Program-made: the position numbers and the translations under genes
In this document: positions 43,893-52,796 of the stretch, one piece after another
How positions within the stretch are numbered: position 1 is the stretch's first letter
Layout of the letters: each line of letters begins with the position of its first letter
Assembly: GCA_963663195.1 (NCBI GenBank)
Contig: OY760136.1
Location: 4,478,765-4,542,764, forward strand
Reading direction: 5' to 3'
DNA: 64,000 bases
Origin: Vicinamibacterales bacterium
GTDB lineage: Bacteria > Acidobacteriota > Vicinamibacteria > Vicinamibacterales > UBA8438
The notes under the pieces: generated by a model
What the model was told of the DNA's origin: nothing
What the model saw: the letters and a program-made list of their open reading frames with translations, nothing else
The model's database searches: none

Positions 43893-45041
43893 TTAAGGGT
43901 GCGTTCCCCAGACCAGCTCGGCCAGAAAACCGGCCGGGATGCCGACGACGAACAGCGCCAGGCTGACCAGCAGCAGGCGGGGATATATCGGTGTCCTGAC
44001 GGCGCGGTGCGACAGCTCGACGCGGACCGCCTCCAGCTCGTCGATCGCCTCGTAGGCGCGCGTCAGGCTGCGCTCGTCCGTCACGTCGAAGTAGTCGCCG
44101 CCAAACTCCCGGATCATGTCGATCAGCGGGGGCGCCTCGCTCGACTCCGCGCCGCTGCCCGCGTCGCGAATGTTGATGTAGATCATGTATGGCACGATGT
44201 TGCGCTGATTCAGCGCCGCCAATTCGGCCGACGGCACCTCATCCACATCGGCATCCGTGATGATCAGCACCGCGCGGTGCTGGTTGGACCCACCCCCGGA
44301 CGTAGTCTCGTCGCTGTCGAAGTGCTTCACGATCGACTGCAAGGCGCGAATCAGGTTGGTGTTGCCCTCGGTCGGAATGATGCGCACCTTGTCGGGCGGC
44401 ACGTGGATCTGGTCGCGGCTGGAGCGGAACTGCGGCGCCAGCAGACGCACGGTCACATACGGCGCCTCGAACACCTGGAAGTAGTACAGCTCGTCGTCGA
44501 CGATGAAGTCGTCCACCATGTACGGATAGGACGAGAACATCCACAGCGACACGCGGTCGTTCTTGTCCTGCCGCATGTCCAGGAACCGGAGGTGCGCCTC
44601 GCGCGCCACTTCCGCGCGTGAGCGGCCGGTCTCCGGGAATTCCCACGCCATCGACAGCGACGTGTCGACGAGATCGACGCGCACCCGCGACTCGACGTCG
44701 CCCTGAACCTCTTCCGTACCGGTCAGGAACGGGTCGGAAACCGCCAGCAGCAGCGTGGCGACGGCCAGCAGCAGCACCAGCTTCGGCACGTGGTAGAGCG
44801 CCCGCACGAACGCGCCGCGCTGCAGTTTCTGATGGATGAGGTGGCCGGAGTGGTGGCGCGAGTGGCCGCGCGGCAGAAAGAAAATGCGATACGCCGTCAG
44901 CACGAGGGCGCCGGCGACGACCGCGGCCAGCATGATGGCCAGGCCGACGTCGCCGTAGCGCACCTGATCGAACTGCGTGGCGCCCAGCTCCTGGACGCGG
45001 GTACGCAGGAATTCGATGAACTCGGCCCAGTCGATCAGCAT
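43893..45041 (-). CDS. Membrane-anchored vWA-domain protein, MxaC/BatA-like
   Basis: Two N-terminal TM helices, DTSLS MIDAS, IITD, C-terminal TM. Confidence 0.72.
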   Translation of the reverse strand: MLIDWAEFIEFLRTRVQELGATQFDQVRYGDVGLAIMLAAVVAGALVLTAYRIFFLPRGHSRHHSGHLIHQKLQRGAFVRALYHVPKLVLLLAVATLLLAVSDPFLTGTEEVQGDVESRVRVDLVDTSLSMAWEFPETGRSRAEVAREAHLRFLDMRQDKNDRVSLWMFSSYPYMVDDFIVDDELYYFQVFEAPYVTVRLLAPQFRSSRDQIHVPPDKVRIIPTEGNTNLIRALQSIVKHFDSDETTSGGGSNQHRAVLIITDADVDEVPSAELAALNQRNIVPYMIYINIRDAGSGAESSEAPPLIDMIREFGGDYFDVTDERSLTRAYEAIDELEAVRVELSHRAVRTPIYPRLLLVSLALFVVGIPAGFLAELVWGTHP

Positions 45042-45093
45042 CGTGGTGCGCGGCGCCGGGCCGGCGCTGGCGTTCTACCGTCCGGAACCGGCA

Positions 45094-46107
45094 CTACCGC
45101 GACCCGGCCGCCGGCTGCGTGTTCTTGTTGCGCGCGCCGGCCAGGATCCCCTCGAGGCCGTAGTTGCCTTCGTGGCAGGCGTACTCGTACAGCGGCCCGT
45201 CGGTCCGCCGCATCGGGAACAGCGCGGTCCAGGGGCGCGTGAACGAGTTGGGATCCTCGACCGTGAACTCGTACAGCACCGTATCGGCGTCGACGCGCCA
45301 CAGCCGCTCCACGAGCTGCGTGTCGGCCGTCGAGCCGCGGAACGCGGTCTCGCGCAGGAAGTTGGTCGTCTCGATCACCAGCACGTCGCCTTCCCAGCGG
45401 GCGCGGGAGTCGCCGCTCCACTGGCGCAGATCGCCGTGCGGGCCGCCGTCGGTCGAAATGATCCGGGCGTTGTGGACCATCTCGTTGTAAATCACCACCT
45501 GGCCAGGCGTCTGGAAGATCATGACGTTGTTGTTGTAGGCGCTCGGCACCATCGGCGGTCCCGCGTTGAAGCCCATGATGCAGCGGTCCTGGAGGCTCCG
45601 GTCGGTGTACGAATCGGCGAACCCGGCGGTGAGGTTGGCGCGCGTGATGCGGTTCTTCTCGCGCGCCGCGTCGGTGTAGGGAATCCTGCCGCTCGGCGGG
45701 TCCACGACGAGCGACGTCCGCTTGTCACGCGTCATCTCGACGCCGCGCTCGTACCAGAACTCGTTATAGGACAGGACCCCGCCCTCGGCGCGCGGCGCGT
45801 AGCCGGCCCAGGGTGCGCCCGTGACCGGGTCGAACAGGTCGCGGTTCTGGGCGCGGCGGCGCGCCTCCTCGAACTCCGCGGCCTCCTCCGCCGACAGCGT
45901 CACCTTGCCCTCGAGCTCGTTGGGCCGCTCCATCGGCGTGATCGTGCGGAACGTGTACGTGCCCTGCAGGTCCGGCACCCCCTCCGGCGTACGCGGCGGG
46001 GTCCAGCCGTCCTGCGCTTCGCGCTCGATCTGTGCGGCGGCGGTTGCGGGAACGAGAAATGCGAACGACACGGCCATAAGCAGCGCGGCGCGGTAGCGGC
46101 GGCTCAT
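45094..46107 (-). CDS. Secreted uncharacterised protein, EYACHEGNY family paralog 3
   Basis: Signal peptide from ATG 46107; PRTPEGVPDLQG, DRC, EMVH, EYACHEGNY; AGGAGG RBS. Confidence 0.85.
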   Translation of the reverse strand: MSRRYRAALLMAVSFAFLVPATAAAQIEREAQDGWTPPRTPEGVPDLQGTYTFRTITPMERPNELEGKVTLSAEEAAEFEEARRRAQNRDLFDPVTGAPWAGYAPRAEGGVLSYNEFWYERGVEMTRDKRTSLVVDPPSGRIPYTDAAREKNRITRANLTAGFADSYTDRSLQDRCIMGFNAGPPMVPSAYNNNVMIFQTPGQVVIYNEMVHNARIISTDGGPHGDLRQWSGDSRARWEGDVLVIETTNFLRETAFRGSTADTQLVERLWRVDADTVLYEFTVEDPNSFTRPWTALFPMRRTDGPLYEYACHEGNYGLEGILAGARNKNTQPAAGSR

Positions 46108-46179
46108 CTTCAACCCTCCTGATGACATTGCAGGCAATACTGTCCCACCACGCCGGTCGGACGCAAGTACAGGCGCGTT

Positions 46180-46800
46180 TCACGCGGGCGGGAGCTTGCG
46201 GTAGACCGACAGCCGCCAGGGTGCCGCAACGCCGACCGGCACGTCGCGCCGCGCGTGCAGCGGCAGCTCGTCGATGTCCAGCGAGCGGTCGTGCGTGAAC
46301 AGGCAGAGCGTGGCGCCGGGGGCGCCGTGCCGAACGACGAACTGCTCGAGCCGCCGCTCGTTGCCGTCCGGGTAGTTGACGATGACAAGCGGGTTGCGCA
46401 GGTCGAGCCCGCACGACGCGTACGTCGCCGGATCGCAGTAGTCGCCCTCGACCAGGCGCACCGCGCGGTAGCCGCGGCTCCAGCGCCGCAGGGCCGCCAG
46501 ATTCTCGACCGCCCGGGCGTACAGCTCCGGATCCCATTCGATCCCGTACACCGGCCGTGCGGGTTCGAAGTGCGCCAGCACCGCCGCGACCCGGCCGTCG
46601 CCCATGCCGGCCTCCACCACCGGCGCCGGAGGCGCCGCGGCGCCCAGCACGCCCATCTCGTGCAGCAGCGTGACGACGCCAACGAGCTCGTCAATCGACG
46701 ACGGCACCCAGATGCCCGCGGCCGTCTTGCGGATCGGCACGCCGCGCGCCAATGCCCGCTCCGACCGGTCGAAAACGGCCCGCATCCGCCTGACGGACAT
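46180..46800 (-). CDS. Putative class I SAM-dependent methyltransferase
   Basis: VVEAGMGDGRV motif I, YGIEWD motif II, VEGDY motif III. Confidence 0.65.
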   Translation of the reverse strand: MSVRRMRAVFDRSERALARGVPIRKTAAGIWVPSSIDELVGVVTLLHEMGVLGAAAPPAPVVEAGMGDGRVAAVLAHFEPARPVYGIEWDPELYARAVENLAALRRWSRGYRAVRLVEGDYCDPATYASCGLDLRNPLVIVNYPDGNERRLEQFVVRHGAPGATLCLFTHDRSLDIDELPLHARRDVPVGVAAPWRLSVYRKLPPA

Positions 46801-46904
46801 CCAGCAACAATGTAACCGACCTGTGCCCCGCGGCGCATGACTCCGCCGCCATCCGGCCGCGCGCTGCTATACTGCGCGAAACCCTGAAATCCGGGAGGTG
46901 GCCG

Positions 46905-47900
46905 ATGCACCGCTCTTCAAGCCCGGCGCTGCGCGCCCTTTCGTTGCCCGCCCTGTTGCTGATCCTGCTCGCCGCGGGCGGCGGCCCGCCGGCTGCCGCC
47001 GAACAGGGCCAGGCCGGCTGGAGCGCGCCCCGCACGTCCTGGGGCGATCCGGACCTGCAGGGCGTGTGGACCGCGAACGAGATGCACGCGGTCCCGGTGC
47101 AGCGGCCCGAGGACCTCGAAGCTTCCGACGCGCTCTCCGACGAAGCGGCCGCCGAACGCCGCGAGGCGGCCACGCAGCGCACGGTCAACGCCGAGGGGAT
47201 CGGCAACTACGACCGCGCGTTCCGCGATACCGCGCTCGGCTACACCAGGCAGCAGCCGTCCACCCAGATGTCGCTTGTCGTCGACCCGCAGAACGGCCGC
47301 TTCCCGCCGCTGACGGCCGAGGAGCAGCGCCGCCGCGAGGCGGCGGGGCCACAGCGGTACAACCTGCGCGCCACGACGTGGGAGGAGATGGGCAACTGGC
47401 CGCGCTGCATCACGCGCGGCGCGCTGACCATCGTCCAGCCGAGCGGCTACAACAACGGCGTGCAGATCGTGCAGGGGCCGGGCTACGTCGCCATCACCAA
47501 GGAGATGCTGCACGAGACGCGCATCGTTCCGGTCCAGGACGGCCCGCACGTCGGCGCGGACGTGACCACCTGGTCGGGTGACGCGCGCGGCCGCTGGGAC
47601 GGCGACACGCTGGTGGTCGAGATTGCCAATTTCAACGGCAGGAGCAGCCTGTTCGGCGCGAGCGCGAGCGCCCGCCTCACCGAGCGGTTCACCCGCATCG
47701 GCCCGGACCAGATCGAGTACCTGTTCACCGTCGAGGACCCGACGGTCTGGACCCGGCCGTGGACCGGCCGGATGACCATCTCGAAGGACGATTCGCAGTA
47801 CGAGCTGGTCGAGTACGCGTGCCACGAAGGCAACTACGCCATGGTCAATTCGCTGAGCGGCGCGAGCGCCGCGCTGGAGGCCGAAGGCGGCGCACGGTAG
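46905..47900 (+). CDS. Secreted uncharacterised protein, EYACHEGNY family paralog 4
   Basis: Signal peptide; PRTSWGDPDLQGVW, PRC, EMLH, EYACHEGNY; GGAGG RBS. Confidence 0.85.
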   Translation: MHRSSSPALRALSLPALLLILLAAGGGPPAAAEQGQAGWSAPRTSWGDPDLQGVWTANEMHAVPVQRPEDLEASDALSDEAAAERREAATQRTVNAEGIGNYDRAFRDTALGYTRQQPSTQMSLVVDPQNGRFPPLTAEEQRRREAAGPQRYNLRATTWEEMGNWPRCITRGALTIVQPSGYNNGVQIVQGPGYVAITKEMLHETRIVPVQDGPHVGADVTTWSGDARGRWDGDTLVVEIANFNGRSSLFGASASARLTERFTRIGPDQIEYLFTVEDPTVWTRPWTGRMTISKDDSQYELVEYACHEGNYAMVNSLSGASAALEAEGGAR

Positions 47901-47945
47901 CCGCCGGTCAGGTTATTTTCCCGGCACCCGGGACGGAGGCACGAA

Positions 47946-48866
47946 ATGAAACGCAGCATCGTTCTCGCCCTGCTGATCGGCATCGGCGCCGTCTCGCTGG
48001 CCGTGGTCGCGGCCCAGGACGGCCCGATGGAAATCGAGGTCGAGCAGCTCCGGGACAACCTGTACGTCCTCCGCGGCCAGGGCGGCGGCGGCAACACGGC
48101 GGTCTTCGTCACCACGGACGGCGTCGTTGTCGTCGATTCGAAGAACCCGGGCTGGGGTACGCCGATCCTCGAGACCATCGGCGAGTTGACGAGCAACCCG
48201 ATAACAACGCTCATCAACACCCACAGCCACCACGATCACGTGAGCGGCAACGTGGCCTTCGCGGAAACGGTCGAGGTCGTAACGCACGAGACCACCCGGG
48301 ACAACATGCGGGTGATGCGGCCCTACACCGGACGGACGGAGCCGCCCGCCAACGTGTTCCGCGACTCGAACGGCCGCGGCCTGCCCACGCGCACGTTTCT
48401 GGACCGGCTGACGCTCGGCAGCGGCGCCGACCGCGTCGAGCTGTACTACTTCGGCCGCGGCCACACGGGCGGCGACGCCTGGGTCGCCTTCCCGGCCCTG
48501 CGGACGCTCCATTCCGGCGACGTCTTCCTGGGCCAGCGCGTGCCCTTCCTCGACGCGGAGAACGGCGGCAGCGGCGTCGACATCCCCGACACGCTGCAGG
48601 AGGCCCACGACAACATCCAGGGCATCGACACCATCATCACCGGCCACAGCACGCAGATGACGTGGGCCGACCTGAACGAGTGGGCCGCCTTCAACCGCGA
48701 CTTCCTGCAGATGGTGCTCGACGGCCGCGAGCAGGGCCGCTCGGTCGATGAAATAGCCGCCGCCTGGTCGCTGCCGGCTGCCTACGCGCACTACGACGCG
48801 CCCAACGAAGCCGGCGTGCGGCGCAACGTCCAGGTTATTGTCGACGAGCTCGACGGCGGCCGGTAG
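47946..48866 (+). CDS. Secreted metallo-beta-lactamase-fold hydrolase
   Basis: Signal peptide; THSHHDH, GHTGGD, SGD, TGH. Confidence 0.88.
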   Translation: MKRSIVLALLIGIGAVSLAVVAAQDGPMEIEVEQLRDNLYVLRGQGGGGNTAVFVTTDGVVVVDSKNPGWGTPILETIGELTSNPITTLINTHSHHDHVSGNVAFAETVEVVTHETTRDNMRVMRPYTGRTEPPANVFRDSNGRGLPTRTFLDRLTLGSGADRVELYYFGRGHTGGDAWVAFPALRTLHSGDVFLGQRVPFLDAENGGSGVDIPDTLQEAHDNIQGIDTIITGHSTQMTWADLNEWAAFNRDFLQMVLDGREQGRSVDEIAAAWSLPAAYAHYDAPNEAGVRRNVQVIVDELDGGR

Positions 48867-50598
48867 CCGCGACCACCACGTCCGCTACGAGCCCGACGAG
48901 CGGCCGCCGCTGCCGCTCACCGTGGGCCTCGGGCTGCAGTACGCCATCCTCACTGTCGCCAGCGTCGTGCTGTCGCCGGTGATCCTCATCGGCACGGTCG
49001 GCGGCAGCGAGGCGTACCTGTCCTGGGTCGTCTTCGCGGCGCTCCTGGTCAGCGGCACCAGCACGGTAATCCAGGTCGCGCGCGTCGGCCGGATCGGCTC
49101 CGGCTACCTACTGCTGATGGGCAGCAGCAGCGCCTTCCTCGCGATCTGCGTCACGGCGCTCGAGCGGGGCGGCGGCGGGCTGCTGGCAAGCCTGATCATC
49201 GCCTCTTCCCTGTGCCAGTTCCTGCTCGCCGCGAAGCTCTCGCTGCTGCGGAAGATCTTCACGCCGACGGTGGCGGGCACCGTGCTGATGCTGATTCCGA
49301 TCACGCTGTCGGGAATCATCCTGCGCAAGCTGACGGACGTGCCGGCGGACGCCTCCCCCCTGGCGGCCCCGGTGACCGCGGCGGTCACCCTCGGTGTGAT
49401 AACGCTGATCTCCATCCGCGGCAGCGGCCAGTGGCGGCTCTGGGCCGCCGCCCTGGGCATCGTCGCCGGCTGCGCCGTGGGCGGCCTGGTCTATGGCATC
49501 TACGACACCGAGCGGGTCGTGGAAGCGGCATGGATCGGGCTTCCCGAGCTGGCCTGGCCCGGTATCGACCTCGGTTTCGGTCCCGAATTCTGGGCGCTGC
49601 TGCCAGTGTTCGTCATCCTGACGCTCGTTGGCGCCCTGGACACGATCGGCGACGGCATCGCCATCCAGCGGATCTCGTGGCGCCGGCCGCGGGCCATCGA
49701 TTTCCAGTCGATTCAGGGCGCGCTGGCCGCCGACGGCGTGGGCAACCTGCTGTCCGGCCTGATGGGCACGGTTCCGAATACGACCTACGTGCACAGCATC
49801 GCGGTGGCCGACCTCACGCGGGTGACGGCCCGCGCCGTCGGCGTATGCGTCGGGGTCATATTCGTGGTGCTGGCGTTCCTGCCGAAGCTGGTGGCGGTCA
49901 TCGTCGCCATGCCGGGTCCGGTGGCCGCCGCCTACTACATCGTGATCGTGGCGTCGCTCTTCGTGCTCGGCATGCGGGTCCTCCTGCACGACGGCCTTGA
50001 CTACCGCAAGGGCATAGCCGTGGGACTCGCCTTCTGGCTGGGGATCGCGTTCGAGCTCGACTGGATTTTCCCCGAGTTCCTGCAGGGTGGGTGGAACGAC
50101 CTGCTCGGCAACGGCCTGACCGTCGGCGGCGTGACCGTTATTGCGCTGACGCAGTTCGTGGAGTTGACGGCGCCGCGCGCGCGGCGCCTCAAGACCGAGC
50201 TGACGCTCGAGAATTTTCCGAAGATCGATGCGTTTCTGGCCGAGTTCGCCGCGCGCGGCAAGCGCGACGGCGAAATGACCGAGCGCCTGCGCGCGGTCGG
50301 CGAGGAGCTGCTGGTTACCCTGACGCGGCAGGAAGGCGAGCGGGCGCAAGCCGCGCGGCGCCTCCTGCTCGTCGCGCGAGACGACGGCGACGCCGTCGAT
50401 CTGGAGTTTGCGGCAAGCAGCGGCGAGGCCAATCTCGAGGACCAGCTCGCGCTGCTCGGCGACCAGGTTGCCGGTCCCCCGGTCGAGGAGGAAGTCTCCC
50501 TGCGGCTGCTACGCCACTACGCGTCGTCCGTGCGCCACCAGCAGTTCCACGACACGGACGTGATTACGGTCCGCGTCGGACCGCCCCGTTCACTCTGA
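48838..50598 (+). CDS. NCS2/NAT-family permease with C-terminal soluble RsbW/HATPase-like extension
   Basis: YEPDERPP, GLQY, DTIGD, ADGVGN, many TM helices; ~140 aa hydrophilic tail; TTG start. Confidence 0.78.
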   Translation: MSTSSTAAGSRDHHVRYEPDERPPLPLTVGLGLQYAILTVASVVLSPVILIGTVGGSEAYLSWVVFAALLVSGTSTVIQVARVGRIGSGYLLLMGSSSAFLAICVTALERGGGGLLASLIIASSLCQFLLAAKLSLLRKIFTPTVAGTVLMLIPITLSGIILRKLTDVPADASPLAAPVTAAVTLGVITLISIRGSGQWRLWAAALGIVAGCAVGGLVYGIYDTERVVEAAWIGLPELAWPGIDLGFGPEFWALLPVFVILTLVGALDTIGDGIAIQRISWRRPRAIDFQSIQGALAADGVGNLLSGLMGTVPNTTYVHSIAVADLTRVTARAVGVCVGVIFVVLAFLPKLVAVIVAMPGPVAAAYYIVIVASLFVLGMRVLLHDGLDYRKGIAVGLAFWLGIAFELDWIFPEFLQGGWNDLLGNGLTVGGVTVIALTQFVELTAPRARRLKTELTLENFPKIDAFLAEFAARGKRDGEMTERLRAVGEELLVTLTRQEGERAQAARRLLLVARDDGDAVDLEFAASSGEANLEDQLALLGDQVAGPPVEEEVSLRLLRHYASSVRHQQFHDTDVITVRVGPPRSL

Positions 50599-51603
50599 GG
50601 CGGCGGCTTCGCGCGCCTCCTCGGCGCGGTGGCCGGCCAGGATGCCCTCCATGCCATAGTTGCCCTCGTGGCAGGCGTACTCGTAGATGGCGTCGCTGCT
50701 GCGCGAAAGCGGGATCGACGCGGTCCACGAGCTGGTCCAGATGGTCGGGTCGTCGATCGTGACGGCGTACTCCAGCGTGTCGGGCCCCGCGCGCGTGAAC
50801 CTCTCCACCACCCGCAGGTTGTCCGACGCTCCGCGGAAGCGGCTCTTGGGCGAGTAGTTGCGCGTCTCGACCACCAGCGTGTCGCCCTCCCAGCGGCCCC
50901 TCGAGTCGCCGTGCCACTGGCGCACGGCCGAGTCGAGCGGCGGGCGGGCGTCGATCGGGATGATCCGCGCGTCGTGGTTCATCTCCATGTAGAACACCAC
51001 GTAGTCCGCGGTCTGGAAGATCTGGTAGTAGCTGTTGTAGCCGGCGCCGAGCCGTGGCACGCCGTAGGTGACGCAGCGCTCCTGGAGCGGCACGTCGGTC
51101 CACGTGTCGGCCGGGTGCTCGGCGCTGTGGGCCGCGCGCGCGGCCAGCAGCCGCTCGGCGGCCGGCGTCAGCGGCGGGATGCGGCCGTCCGGCGGTTCGA
51201 CCACCAGCGACGTGCGGTCGTTGAAATCGCGCTCGACGACCCAGAACCCGTTGTAGTTGCCGGTGCTCGGATCGTACGACTCCGCCTTGGTCCTGGCGAT
51301 GGCGGCCAGCACGAGCTGATCGCCGAACAGCGCATCCTGGCCCGGGTCGGTGGCCTCCGCCGCGGCGGCCTGCAGGTTGGCCAGCTCCTCCCCGCTCAGG
51401 CGGGCCTTGCCGGCCCACTCGGCCGGGCGCTCCAGCGGCGTCGCGTTGTTGTTCGCCCAGACGCCCTGCAGGTCCGGATGCCCGTCGGCGGTGCGGGGCG
51501 CGGCCCAGCCCTCCCCCGCCGGCTGCGCGGCCGCGGGCGCGGCGGTCAGGACGGCCAGGACAAAGGCAATCAGGCCAAGTGCCGTAAACGTTTTCTGCGA
51601 CAT
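50590..51603 (-). CDS. Secreted uncharacterised protein, EYACHEGNY family paralog 5
   Basis: Signal peptide; PRTADGHPDLQGVW, ERC, EMNH, EYACHEGNY; GAGGAGG RBS. Confidence 0.85.
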   Translation of the reverse strand: MSQKTFTALGLIAFVLAVLTAAPAAAQPAGEGWAAPRTADGHPDLQGVWANNNATPLERPAEWAGKARLSGEELANLQAAAAEATDPGQDALFGDQLVLAAIARTKAESYDPSTGNYNGFWVVERDFNDRTSLVVEPPDGRIPPLTPAAERLLAARAAHSAEHPADTWTDVPLQERCVTYGVPRLGAGYNSYYQIFQTADYVVFYMEMNHDARIIPIDARPPLDSAVRQWHGDSRGRWEGDTLVVETRNYSPKSRFRGASDNLRVVERFTRAGPDTLEYAVTIDDPTIWTSSWTASIPLSRSSDAIYEYACHEGNYGMEGILAGHRAEEAREAAASE

Positions 51604-51745
51604 GGAAGTCCTCCTCGCGGACCGCTGCGAGCGGCGCCGGCGCCCGTGCGAACGACCGGGTGGACGCCAGCCCTATGGTAGCATCCGGCGACGGCGGCGG
51701 CGGCCGGAATCCGGCCGGCGACACCCGTCGGGCGAAGGAGACGAG

Positions 51746-52780
51746 ATGCGAGCGTTCAGCAGCCGGGCGGCGCGATCGGCGGTCGGCGGGGCGGCCGCGG
51801 CGGCGGTGATCATCGGCCTCTCGGCAACCTGCGTCGACACGCAGGACCGCCAGTCCATGAGCACCCGGGCGGACTTCCTGCGGGCCATGGAAGAGCTGTC
51901 CAACTGGGGCCGCTGGGGCGACGACGACGAGCTCGGCGCGGCCAACCTGATCACGCCGGACAAGCGGCGCGCGGCGGCGGCGCTCGTCAGCGAGGGGCTC
52001 AGCGTATCGCTCGCCCACGACGTCATCCAGGTGGAGGCGATCGACGCGCAGTCGATTCTCGAGCGCCAGGCCTACGGCATCTCGCCGACGCGCGGCTACG
52101 ATCGCCTGGCGTACACCGGCAGCTACCACGGCACCATCCACAGCCACCTCGACTCCATCGCCTGCCACATCATGTGGGAGGGGCGCGGCTACAACGGCTA
52201 CCGCATGGAGGACATCGAGGCCGCCGGCGCCTGCCCGCAGGGGCATATCAACAACCTGAAGGACGGCATCGTGACGCGCGGCATCCTGTTCGACGCGACG
52301 CAACTGCCCGGCAAGGCGACGGCCGAGGGCTGGCTGGAGCCGGGCACCGCCGTGCGCAAGGCCGACCTGGAGGCGCTGGAGGAGCTGCACGGGGTGCGCG
52401 TATCGGAGGGCGACGTCATCCTGCTCTACACCGGCCGCTGGAAGCGGCGCGCCGCGGTGGGGCCGTGGGTGGGGGCCGAGGACGGCGTCGCCGGCTACCA
52501 CGCCGACGTGGCGTACTTCCTGAAGGAGCGCGGCGTCTCGTTCATCGGCCACGACATGTCGAACGACGTCGAGCCGCACGAGTTCTACGACGAGGTGCGC
52601 CTGCCGCTGCACTACCTGGCGCTGGTGGCCCTCGGCGTCGGCATCTTCGACAACCTGGACTTCGAGCGCGCCGTCGAGACGGCGCGGCGGCTCGGCAAGT
52701 ACGAATTCCTGTTCACCGCCTCGCCGCTGCGCATCGAGGGCGGCATGGGCTCGCCGCTCAACCCGATCGCGACCTTCTGA
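51746..52780 (+). CDS. Exported cyclase/kynurenine-formamidase-family metal hydrolase
   Basis: NWGRWGDDDELGAAN, HGTIHSHLD, TRGILFD, GDVILLYTG, GSPLNPIATF; AAGGAG RBS. Confidence 0.85.
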   Translation: MRAFSSRAARSAVGGAAAAAVIIGLSATCVDTQDRQSMSTRADFLRAMEELSNWGRWGDDDELGAANLITPDKRRAAAALVSEGLSVSLAHDVIQVEAIDAQSILERQAYGISPTRGYDRLAYTGSYHGTIHSHLDSIACHIMWEGRGYNGYRMEDIEAAGACPQGHINNLKDGIVTRGILFDATQLPGKATAEGWLEPGTAVRKADLEALEELHGVRVSEGDVILLYTGRWKRRAAVGPWVGAEDGVAGYHADVAYFLKERGVSFIGHDMSNDVEPHEFYDEVRLPLHYLALVALGVGIFDNLDFERAVETARRLGKYEFLFTASPLRIEGGMGSPLNPIATF

Positions 52781-52796
52781 CCCGCCGCGTCGGACG

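Noticed and set aside
47946-48866. Antibiotic-resistance metallo-beta-lactamase
   Set aside because: The fold motif alone does not show beta-lactamase activity, and there is no resistance or mobile context
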